Below are positions 8,831 to 17,068 of a stretch of 54,252 bases of DNA, piece after piece (the first letter of the stretch is position 1; every line of letters starts with the position of its first letter). The notes under the pieces are model-generated. The model ran no database searches. It was not told where the DNA came from and saw only the letters and a program-made list of their open reading frames with translations. Origin of the DNA: an uncultured Sandaracinaceae bacterium (lineage in GTDB: Bacteria > Myxococcota_A > Polyangia > Polyangiales > Sandaracinaceae); assembly GCA_964480175.1 (NCBI GenBank), contig CAYZQM010000002.1, positions 25,855 to 80,106 on the forward strand. The letters run 5' to 3'. The translations under genes and the position numbers were made by a program.

Positions 8831-9610
8831 TCAGAACCTGAGGCGCACGCTCGCGCCGGCGTCTGCGTTCGGTGCGCCAGCGAGCAGCGAGACCTCGACG
8901 GACGCCTCGGTCGCATCGAGCAGCTCTTCGCTCCCGACCTGACCGACGATCAACATGACGAGTCCTGCGACCTCGAGCATGCCTGCGAGCGTCCCGATCA
9001 CCCACATCCCCTCGGCGTTCGATCCGCCGCCGTTGTCGATCATCGCGAGGTTGTGGAACACCGGGATGAACGTCAGCGGCCACAGCGGGGCCACCACCGA
9101 TCCTCCGACGTAGGCCGAGCCCAAGAGCGCGTGCCCGATGGTGGTGAGCACGTAGATGGGGAAGAAGACGGCCGCGCCGCCGGCCAAGAGGCCCACTCGA
9201 GGGCGACGCCCCGAGCGCGGGGGGATCGCTGCGCGCGGGTCTTCGGGGCTCCAGCCGCGGCCCGCCTCCATGCGTCGATCGCGCGAGCGGGTGTCATCGT
9301 GCTCGGGATCCCAACCTCGACCGCTCGTCACGCGGGCGCTGCCCGGATCGGGTGCCGTCTCACCCGGCGGAGCGAGCGCGGGTTCGGCGGCGGTCGCAGG
9401 CGCCACGACGCAATCGGCGCCCGAGCCCAAGAATCCCTCCGGGCAGCTCGGCGGGTCGCTGCAGCGGTTGGCGGCGACGTCGAAGGTCTGCCCGGGCCAG
9501 CAGCAATACCCACCGTCGACCGGGACGCGTCCCGTCTCACAGGCTTGCGCTTCGAGCCGACCGGCCACCGACAGGCACGTGAGGATCAGGAGCCCCGACC
9601 ACGATCGCAT
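8831..9610 (-). CDS. secreted/membrane protein with Cys-rich N-terminal module, function unknown
   Basis: Signal peptide MRSWSGLLILTCLSVAGRLEA. Cys-rich stretch CETGRVPVDGGYCCWPGQTFDVAANRCSDPPSCPEGF. Three hydrophobic helices and a tail ending ...ASVRLRF. Appears paralogous to 35026..35673. Confidence 0.6.
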   Translation of the reverse strand: MRSWSGLLILTCLSVAGRLEAQACETGRVPVDGGYCCWPGQTFDVAANRCSDPPSCPEGFLGSGADCVVAPATAAEPALAPPGETAPDPGSARVTSGRGWDPEHDDTRSRDRRMEAGRGWSPEDPRAAIPPRSGRRPRVGLLAGGAAVFFPIYVLTTIGHALLGSAYVGGSVVAPLWPLTFIPVFHNLAMIDNGGGSNAEGMWVIGTLAGMLEVAGLVMLIVGQVGSEELLDATEASVEVSLLAGAPNADAGASVRLRF

Positions 9611-9661
9611 GCGCGCAGGAGACCGAACGACGGCGATCCTGTCAACACGGCGGCGCCGCGA

Positions 9662-10375
9662 TCAGAGCGGGCGGCTGATGAGCGTCGCGAGCTGGGGGAC
9701 GAGCTTCTTTCGGAACGCCGGATCCATCGCGAGGTCTTGGCGCACCTCGAGCTCCATCGCGCGTCGGCCGTGTCGGTCGCCGTGGCTCGAGGCGACGTAG
9801 ATGAGGCCGGCCTTGCCGCTCCACGGCTCGTTGGCGCGCGCGTCGTAGCCGAGCGCGCTCAGCTCGCTCACCCACGCGTTGCCCAGCGCTTCTTCGCGAT
9901 CGAAGAGCACGCCGATCTCCACCTCGCGAGGGGAGCCTTCGTAGAGCGGAGTGAACGTGTGGATCGCGAGCACCATCGGGCAGCGCGTCGCGCGCAGCTC
10001 GCGATCGACCGTGTCGTGGAACGGGCGGTGGTAGCGCGACAAGCGCAGCGCGCGCTCGTCGTCCGACAGATCCTGGTTCAAGTGCACCGGCAGGCCCTCG
10101 GCGCTCGCGCGAAAGAGCGTGTCGCTCACATCGGGTCGATTGAGATCGATCAACAGGCGCGAGTAGCGGGCGAGCACCGCGGGCGCGTCGATCGCCTCGG
10201 CGAGCTCCAGGGTCAGATCGCGCGCGCCGAGATCGACGGCCCAGTGCGTGCCGACCAAGCGGCGGTCGGCCTCGGGCCACGCGTAGCCCTCCGGCAGGTC
10301 TTGGGATGCGTGCTCGCAGGTCAGGAACGCGGGCGCGTTCGCGCTGCCCGCGCGCACTTCGTAGCTGTCGCCCAT
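9662..10375 (-). CDS. N-formylglutamate amidohydrolase family protein
   Basis: Family-typical LTCEHAS, SRLLIDLNRP, YHRPFH and AIHTFTP motifs. ATG at 10375..10373 overlaps the upstream TGA (10377..10375) by 1 nt. I rejected the Arg-rich N-terminal extension of the track ORF up to 10813. Confidence 0.75.
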   Translation of the reverse strand: MGDSYEVRAGSANAPAFLTCEHASQDLPEGYAWPEADRRLVGTHWAVDLGARDLTLELAEAIDAPAVLARYSRLLIDLNRPDVSDTLFRASAEGLPVHLNQDLSDDERALRLSRYHRPFHDTVDRELRATRCPMVLAIHTFTPLYEGSPREVEIGVLFDREEALGNAWVSELSALGYDARANEPWSGKAGLIYVASSHGDRHGRRAMELEVRQDLAMDPAFRKKLVPQLATLISRPL

Positions 10376-12198
10376 CAGGCCGACTCGGCGAGCATCAAGG
10401 GACGACCGAGGGCCTGCTCGATGAGGCCGCGCAGCGGCGCGCCGCCGGGCTCCTGCTTGGGCAGGCAGCGGTCCATGTCGCGCACGATCTTGGAGAGGCC
10501 CTTGCGGAGCGCGGCGCGATCGTCGGCGACGTCGTACTCGAGGCGATCGAGATCGAAGCCGATGCGGTAGCTCCGCAGATCCGTCATCTCGACGAAGCGC
10601 TCGACCTGCTCGGGCCCGATCGCCTTGAGCGCGCGGCACACCAGCTCGACCACCACCTCTTGGGCCCCCGCGTAGTTCTTCTCCATCGTCGCCAGCGTGT
10701 CCGTCGGCGAGCGACGGTTCGTCAGATCGATGTGCAGGTCGGCCAAGAGCGAAGGGAAGAGCGGGAAGGGCACGAAGTCGGGCTTCGCGCTCCCGGGCGC
10801 GAGCTCGGCCCACGCCTTGAGGATCTTCTGCGCCTTCTGGTTCAGCGCGTGAAAGCGCCGGTGGGTCTCGCGGAAGCGCGCGTGCAGCTCGGGCTCGACG
10901 GCGAAGATCCGGTTGAAGAAGTAGGGGCAGACGAAGGACCAGTAGTGGAAGTTGTCCCAGTAGAGCTTCGCGGGCAGGACGGCGGGGGCGCCCATGATGT
11001 GGCTGTGTCCCCGGAAGGTCGTCGCCGTGACCTCGGCGAACGCCAAGAAGAACTCGTTGAGCTCGCGCTCGCGCGCCGCCTGCATCGCGTCGCTCTCGTG
11101 GCGATCGAGGTCGGCGCGGATCAGCTCGGTGGTCATCGAGGCGCCGATGCCGATGAAGTCCGAGCCCGGCGAGTAGAGGGGGTCGAGGAAGATCCCCGCC
11201 TCACCGATGCACGACCAGCGCTGGCTCGCGGAGAACACCTGCTTCGATCCGTACGCGTAGCGGCGGAGCGCGGCGAAGTCTTCCCACGGCAGGTCCGCGA
11301 GGTGCGCCGCGAGCGCGGGCTCGTGCTTCTCGATGAACGCCTTGGCCGTCTCGGGGCGGCCGAAGGTGGCGAACGGGTGGTGCTCTTCACCCGCGACGAT
11401 CCCGATCGACTGGTAGCCGGTCGACAGGGGAATCACCCAGATCCAGTAGCCCTTGCCGCAGAAGTGGCTGGTCGAGAGCCAGCGCCGTCCATCGAGATCG
11501 CGCCCGTGCCAGCGGTGCTCGGTCTCGGGCACCAAGTCGGCGACGTTCACGCGCTGCGCGACCCGAAACCACGCCGAGCTGTGGTGGTGATTGGGATCGG
11601 TGCTCAGCTGGAGCTTGTTCTGCAAGAGACGACGGCGTCCGGTCGCGTCGATCAGCCAGCGGGCCTCGAGCGTCTCCTTGCCTGTGTCCTTGCGCGCGAT
11701 CTGCACCTGGTGCGCCGCATCCCCCGAGCCGAGCTCGATCTGAAAGACCGACGCACCCTCCAGCAGCGTCGCGCCCGCGTCCTCGACCATCGCGCGCAGA
11801 TCCGTCTCGAAGCGCCCGCGATCGAGCTGGTAGCTCGGCACCACCGGCTGCTCGCTCGGGCCGAGCTCGCGGCGCTCGGCGACCGGCAGCTGCCCATCGC
11901 CCACGAAGTAGCGCAGCCCGAACTTCACCAGCTGTCGCGCTTCCAAGTACGACTTGAGCCCGAGCACGTCGGAGAAGAAGTGGGCGCCGATCTCGACCGA
12001 CGACTCGCCCACCTTGAAGCACGCGTCGGGCAGCGGGCGCGTGCTCGGCTCGACCACGGCGACCGAGAGCGAAGGGAGCTGCTGGCGGAGGTGCAGCGCG
12101 CTGGTCAGCCCCGCCAGGCCGCCACCCATGATCAGGACGTCGACGCGCTTCATCGAGGCGCGCATCATGGGACGGCGCCCGAGACCGAACAAGCGCAC
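10375..12198 (-). CDS. flavin-dependent halogenase-like FAD enzyme (paralogue A)
   Basis: VDVLIMGGGLAGL (GxGxxG), KVGESSVEI, VKFGLRYF, GYWIWVIPL (WxWxIP) and FLDPLYSPGSDF (FxxPxxSxG). The start could instead be the ATG at 12153 (MKRVDVL...). Confidence 0.75.
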   Translation of the reverse strand: MRLFGLGRRPMMRASMKRVDVLIMGGGLAGLTSALHLRQQLPSLSVAVVEPSTRPLPDACFKVGESSVEIGAHFFSDVLGLKSYLEARQLVKFGLRYFVGDGQLPVAERRELGPSEQPVVPSYQLDRGRFETDLRAMVEDAGATLLEGASVFQIELGSGDAAHQVQIARKDTGKETLEARWLIDATGRRRLLQNKLQLSTDPNHHHSSAWFRVAQRVNVADLVPETEHRWHGRDLDGRRWLSTSHFCGKGYWIWVIPLSTGYQSIGIVAGEEHHPFATFGRPETAKAFIEKHEPALAAHLADLPWEDFAALRRYAYGSKQVFSASQRWSCIGEAGIFLDPLYSPGSDFIGIGASMTTELIRADLDRHESDAMQAARERELNEFFLAFAEVTATTFRGHSHIMGAPAVLPAKLYWDNFHYWSFVCPYFFNRIFAVEPELHARFRETHRRFHALNQKAQKILKAWAELAPGSAKPDFVPFPLFPSLLADLHIDLTNRRSPTDTLATMEKNYAGAQEVVVELVCRALKAIGPEQVERFVEMTDLRSYRIGFDLDRLEYDVADDRAALRKGLSKIVRDMDRCLPKQEPGGAPLRGLIEQALGRPLMLAESA

Positions 12199-12312
12199 CC
12201 GATGCGCGTGGCCCAGCGGTGCAGGAGCGCCGTGAGGTCCCGCTCAGCGCGCCCGCCCGCGCTTGGCCAGACGACGGGCGCGGCGTAGATCACGGTCCTT
12301 CCTCGGACGCCC

Positions 12313-13956
12313 ATGACTGAAGACCACGCGCACTCGATCGACGTCGCCATCCTCGGCGGCGGCCTCGCCGGAAACCTCGTCGCCCGCCAGCTCCGCATGC
12401 GTTTGCCGAGCGCGTCGATCGCGATCTTCGAGAAGGACACCGAGCGCGGCTTCAAGGTCGGCGAGTCGTCCGTCGAGATCGCCAGCCACTTCTTCATCAA
12501 GAAGCTCGGCCTCTCGAGCTACATGTACGACGCGCAGCTGCCCAAGAACGGGCTGCGCTTCTTCTTCGACACGCCGGCCAAGGACGCGCCGCTCTTCGAG
12601 ATGAGCGAGGTCGGCTCGAACAAGATGCCGATGATTCCGACGTTCCAGATCGATCGGGCGCGCTTCGAAGAGGACCTGCTCGAGATGAACCGCCGCGCGG
12701 GCATCGACGTGCAGATCGGCGTCAGCATCAAGGACCTGGCGCTGCACGAGGCGGGCGAGCCCACCCACCGCCACGCCTTCAGCGTGGTGCGCGAGGATGG
12801 GAGCAGGACCCGGGTGCGCGCGCGCTGGGTGATCGACGCCAGCGGCCGGAGCCAGCTGATCAGCAAGCTGCGGGGCTACCGCGTGCCCGAGAAGCACGCG
12901 TGCGGCGCCGTGTGGGGGCGCTTCACCGACGTCACCGACATGGACTCGCTCATGGAGTACCCCGTCTCGGTCCCGCCGTTCTCCGGCAGGGAGACCCCGG
13001 TGATGCAGAAGGCCTGGCCCGGCGCGAACGCGTCGAAGGCGCGAGCGCACCACACCGCACGGATGCTCTCGACCAACCACTTCTGCTACCGGGGCTATTG
13101 GATCTGGTTCATCCCGATCGCCCGCGGCATCACGTCGCTCGGCGTGGTGGGCGAGGTCTTCGATCCGAAGATGTCGAGCGAGCAGGGCTTCGTGGACTTC
13201 CTGAAGGGGCACCGCGCGGTCGCCTCGCTGATCGAGAACGCCCGCTGCCTCGATGTCGGCAGCTACGCTCGCTATGCGTACGGCACCAGCCGCTACTTCG
13301 GGGCGGACGAGCGCTGGGCGATGATCGGCGAGGCCGCGGCGTTCAGCGATCCCTTCTACTCACCGGGCTCGGACTACATCGCGATCGAGAGCGACATGAT
13401 CACCGATCTGATCGCGCGCGACTTCGCCGGCGAGTCCGACGCCGAGCGGGCCGAGCGCGGCGAGCTCTACGACGCGTTCATGAAGTTCCGGTACGAGGCC
13501 ACGATGCTCCTCTACCGCAACCAGTACCCCGCGCTGGGCAGCTACGAGACGATGCGGTTGAAGTGGAACTTCGACATCGCCTGTTACTACAACCTCTGGC
13601 TCGACTTCTACATGAGGGACTACCACCTCGAGCCTCGCAAGATCCGCGAGCAGCTGCGCCGCAAGGAGTACGTGCTCTCGGCCCTGCGCAACTTCAGCGA
13701 GCTGTTCCAGAAGCTGGTGCGCGAGCTCGAGCAGAGCGGCCACTACCACCGCAGCAACCTGGGCCGCTTCAACGACGGCACCGATCTGCTCTACTTCCAG
13801 AGCGAGATCGGTCAGGAGCGCAAGAAGGGCGCGGTGAACCAGCGCACCGAAGAGGTCTTCAACTTCTGCCTGAAGGAAGCGCAGCGGATCCTCGGCAAGG
13901 AGAGCGGCGAGGGGCTCGAGCTCACCCAGTTCATGGAGAGCGGGCCGCTCGCCTGA
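12313..13956 (+). CDS. flavin-dependent halogenase-like FAD enzyme (paralogue B)
   Basis: IDVAILGGGLAGN (GxGxxG), KVGESSVEI, PKNGLRFFF, GYWIWFIPI (WxWxIP) and FSDPFYSPGSDY (FxxPxxSxG). Motif order matches the divergent neighbour. Confidence 0.75.
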   Translation: MTEDHAHSIDVAILGGGLAGNLVARQLRMRLPSASIAIFEKDTERGFKVGESSVEIASHFFIKKLGLSSYMYDAQLPKNGLRFFFDTPAKDAPLFEMSEVGSNKMPMIPTFQIDRARFEEDLLEMNRRAGIDVQIGVSIKDLALHEAGEPTHRHAFSVVREDGSRTRVRARWVIDASGRSQLISKLRGYRVPEKHACGAVWGRFTDVTDMDSLMEYPVSVPPFSGRETPVMQKAWPGANASKARAHHTARMLSTNHFCYRGYWIWFIPIARGITSLGVVGEVFDPKMSSEQGFVDFLKGHRAVASLIENARCLDVGSYARYAYGTSRYFGADERWAMIGEAAAFSDPFYSPGSDYIAIESDMITDLIARDFAGESDAERAERGELYDAFMKFRYEATMLLYRNQYPALGSYETMRLKWNFDIACYYNLWLDFYMRDYHLEPRKIREQLRRKEYVLSALRNFSELFQKLVRELEQSGHYHRSNLGRFNDGTDLLYFQSEIGQERKKGAVNQRTEEVFNFCLKEAQRILGKESGEGLELTQFMESGPLA

Positions 13957-14164
13957 TCGCTTCCGCGTCGGAGACCGCAGTGGGCGCTCGCCCGTCTCTG
14001 GCGTGCCGCCGGGGTGCTGAATGCCTCGCGGTTGCCTTACGTCTCCGGCGGGCTCGAAAACCCCGTGTTTCGCCCAGGTGGCGATCTTGCGGCCTTCCTG
14101 GTAAGCCCGCGCCCCTTCTGACTGACCCGGCCATCGGCCGGACCCGACACCAGCGAGACGAACC

Positions 14165-14503
14165 TTGGCCCCGATCCCCGTCCCCAGCCGCGAAGAGGTC
14201 TTCGACAAGATCACCGAGATCTTGAGCGACTCCTTCGAGCTCGATCGCAAGAAGATCACCACGGCCTCGACCCTCTACGATGAGCTGGACCTCGACTCGA
14301 TCGACGCGATCGACATCTTCACGCAGCTCCGCGAGATCACCGGCCGCCGCCCGGACCCCGCCGACGCCCGCAACGTCCGCACCGTCGACGAGCTGATCAC
14401 GTTCGTGCTCGCCGAGATCGACAAGACCAACGACGGCGTCCCCGAGGGGCCCTCGCGCCCACCCACCCCGGAAGAGCTCGCCGAGGGTGAGAAGAAGGGC
14501 TGA
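14165..14503 (+). CDS. acyl carrier protein (stand-alone)
   Basis: 112 aa. LYDELDLDSIDAIDIF carries the phosphopantetheine Ser in a DSI context. TTG start per the track, so the exact start is uncertain. Confidence 0.75.
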   Translation: MAPIPVPSREEVFDKITEILSDSFELDRKKITTASTLYDELDLDSIDAIDIFTQLREITGRRPDPADARNVRTVDELITFVLAEIDKTNDGVPEGPSRPPTPEELAEGEKKG

Positions 14504-14519
14504 GGGCGTAGAACGACCG

Positions 14520-15764
14520 ATGCGTCGCGTCGTGATCACGGGCATGGGGGTGGACTCGCCGATCGGGGTCGGCGTCGCGGAGAACGTCGCTTCGCTGAAG
14601 GCGATGCGCGGCGGCATCCGCCTGATGCACGAGTGGAACAAGGTCTCGGACCTGCACACCCGGATCGGCGGCCCGGTCAGCGGCATCGATCTGATGGCGC
14701 ACTATCCCCGGCGCCGGCGGCGCACCATGGGGCTGGTCGGGCTCTACGCGATGCACACAGCCGATCAGGCGCTGGAGCAGGCGGGCCTGACCGGCGAGGT
14801 GGGCGAGGCGATCCTGAGCGGCGGGCGCTGCGGCGTCGCGTACGGATCGACCACCGGCAGCTCGCAGGCGCTCGAGGACTTCTGTGGTCCGCTCTTCACC
14901 GAGCACACGATGCGGGGCCTGGATTCGAGCGCGTACCTCAAGTTCATGACCCACACCTGCGCCGCGAACCTCGCGAGCAGCTACGGGATCAAGGGACGCG
15001 TCATCCCCGCGATCAGCGCCTGCACCAGCGGCAGCCAGTCGATCGGCTTCGCGTTCGAGGCCGTCCGCGGCGGGGTGCAGGACGTGATGATCGCGGGTGG
15101 CGCCGAGGAGCTGCACTACGCGAGCGCTGTGACCTTCGATCTCTTGATGGCGACCAGCGTCCGCTACAACGAGACCCCCGAGCTGTCGCCGCGTCCCTTC
15201 GACACCAAGCGCGATGGCCTGGTGATCGGCGAGGGCGCAGGCACGGTGATCCTCGAGGACTACGAGCACGCCAAGCGCCGCGGCGCGACCATCCTCGCCG
15301 AGCTGATCGGCTTCGGCACCAACTGCGATGGGCTGCACATCACCGCGCCCAGCGAGGGCGGGATGCGCGGCGCGATGGAGCTGGCCCTGGCGGATGCCCG
15401 GGTGCACCCCACCGACGTCGACTACGTGAACATGCACGGCACCGCGACGGAGATCGGCGACATCGCGGAGAGCCAGGCGACGGCGAGCCTCTTTCAGCGG
15501 CCGATCCCGGCGAGCACCCAGAAGAGCTACACGGGCCATACGCTCGGCGCGTGCGGCGCGATCGAGCTGGTCTACTCGGTCGCGATGATGCGCGAGGGCT
15601 TCCTCGCCGCCAACCGCAACCTCGACGAGCTCGATCCGCGCTGCGGCAAGCTGGGCTACGTGCGCGAGACCACCAGCGCGCGCCCGCGCCTGATCATGAC
15701 GAACAACTTCGCGTTCGGCGGGGTGAACACGTCGATGCTGGTCAAGGCGTTCGATCCCTCCTGA
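14520..15764 (+). CDS. beta-ketoacyl-ACP synthase (KAS I/II type)
   Basis: MRRVVITGMGV N-terminus, active-site Cys in AISACTSGSQ, and His-His in MHGTATEIGD and TGHTLGACG, followed by NNFAFGGVN. The ATG at 14520 gives a typical N-terminus. Confidence 0.85.
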   Translation: MRRVVITGMGVDSPIGVGVAENVASLKAMRGGIRLMHEWNKVSDLHTRIGGPVSGIDLMAHYPRRRRRTMGLVGLYAMHTADQALEQAGLTGEVGEAILSGGRCGVAYGSTTGSSQALEDFCGPLFTEHTMRGLDSSAYLKFMTHTCAANLASSYGIKGRVIPAISACTSGSQSIGFAFEAVRGGVQDVMIAGGAEELHYASAVTFDLLMATSVRYNETPELSPRPFDTKRDGLVIGEGAGTVILEDYEHAKRRGATILAELIGFGTNCDGLHITAPSEGGMRGAMELALADARVHPTDVDYVNMHGTATEIGDIAESQATASLFQRPIPASTQKSYTGHTLGACGAIELVYSVAMMREGFLAANRNLDELDPRCGKLGYVRETTSARPRLIMTNNFAFGGVNTSMLVKAFDPS

Positions 15765-15927
15765 TGGAGGGGCCCGAGTAACCGGTCAAGTCTCCAGCAC
15801 TCGGCTTTTCAGGCGGCTTTCAGCGGGAGTGCGCCCGCAAGCGAGTGTTGCGGAGCGTACTCACGTACGTGACGAGACCGAGTGCGGACGCAAACCCCGA
15901 TCAAAGTCGCCTGGAAAGCCGTGGCCG

Positions 15928-16524
15928 ATGCGAAGTGAGCGCGTACAGAAGAAGAGCCGCTGGCCCAAGGGGCCGTTCCCCGACAAGTGGTCGTTCGCCA
16001 ACGTCGAGCGGCGCTTGGTCGGCGCGTGGCAAGCGCGCTCGTCGGCCTGGGACGCGCTGATCGCGAGTGGCGCCGAGCCTCTTCCCCCGCTCGACGACGT
16101 CTACGTCCGGGTCTTTGCCGGCGGCAGCGATCAGGCGATCGACGCGCTGCGCGCCGCGGGCTGCACGGTGCACGGCTGGATCGAGCCGACGAGGACTGCG
16201 GTCGAGGGCGGGGCGCAGGTCGTGCTACCCACGGCCGAGCGCTTCGACGCGCTCGTCGCGCTCGGGGTCGCCGGTCCGCACTGGGGCATCGGCAACCGCG
16301 CGATCATCCGCTTCCTGATCCAAGCACGCGCCTTCTCGAGCTTCGAGGTGCTGGCCGGCGGCGAGGACTGCCTGGTGCTCCGCATGCACGCAAAGAACGC
16401 GGACGACGCCGAGCTCTTGGCTGAGCGCTTGATGCAGCTCGTCCCCCTCTTGGCAGACGCGTCCGACCTCGCCGCCCACCTCGAGACCGGCACCCCGATC
16501 ACACTCCCCTGGACCCCGCGCTGA
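15928..16524 (+). CDS. hypothetical protein
   Basis: High third-position GC from the ATG at 15928. I found no recognisable motif and trimmed the track ORF, which starts at 15829. Confidence 0.45.
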   Translation: MRSERVQKKSRWPKGPFPDKWSFANVERRLVGAWQARSSAWDALIASGAEPLPPLDDVYVRVFAGGSDQAIDALRAAGCTVHGWIEPTRTAVEGGAQVVLPTAERFDALVALGVAGPHWGIGNRAIIRFLIQARAFSSFEVLAGGEDCLVLRMHAKNADDAELLAERLMQLVPLLADASDLAAHLETGTPITLPWTPR

Positions 16525-16572
16525 AGTCCCCTACGTACAGGCGCCGCAGCGGCACGGACGCGCCACATCGTG

Positions 16573-17068
16573 TCATGTCGGTGCGATCGTCGATCGCAGG
16601 ACGTCGAGTAGCTCGCGCACGAACCTCGCCTTGTTCCGCCCCTTCGGCATGAGGGCATGCACGGGCGTCGATGCCCACTGCCACTCTGGGAGCACTCGCT
16701 CGAGCTCGACGGCACTCGCGCGGAACCCCACCGCCACTCCTGGATGGCCTGGGCCATCGCGGAGTTCGCTCCTTCTTCGTTCCGATGGCCTGGGCCTTGG
16801 AGATCGCTCGCCTTTCTTCGCTGGCGTAGGCGCACGGCGTCGGGACGTAGGTCTTGGGTGCGGGCGGGACCGCTGGGCCTTTCCGAGGACACCGTGGCCG
16901 TCGTTCGGCAGCCGCGACGCTCGGGGAGCGTAGGCCGTCTCGCTCGGCCGACGACCTCGGCGAAAGAAAGTTTGGCAACGCTCGCAGCGCCACCTCGATG
17001 GGCACGCCACGCGCGACGGTCATGTCGGCCGAGCGCAACTCCCATCGAGAGAACTGCATCATGGCCAA
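16573..17068 (-). pseudogene. possible frameshifted gene remnant, function unknown
   Basis: On the reverse strand the frame with high GC3 switches at least three times. The run is MAMMQFSRWELRSADMTVARGVPIEVALRA..., then ...FAEVVGRARRPTLPERRG..., then ...KTYVPTPCAYASEERRAISKAQAIGTKK, then ...ANSAMAQAIQEWRW, then ...AVELERVLPEWQWASTPVHALMPKGRNKARFVRELLDVLRSTIAPT*. No single frame is convincing across the roughly 500 bp. Confidence 0.3.

Noticed and set aside
10376-10813. N-terminal extension of the FGase-family ORF (track 9662..10813)
   Set aside because: The extension overlaps the 3' end of the halogenase-like gene in another frame and is Arg-rich. The family N-terminus and a TGATG stop/start junction support the start at 10375.
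15829-15927. N-terminal extension of track ORF 15829..16524
   Set aside because: The extension has poor codon bias and contains the palindrome region. The ATG at 15928 is more plausible, though this is unproven.
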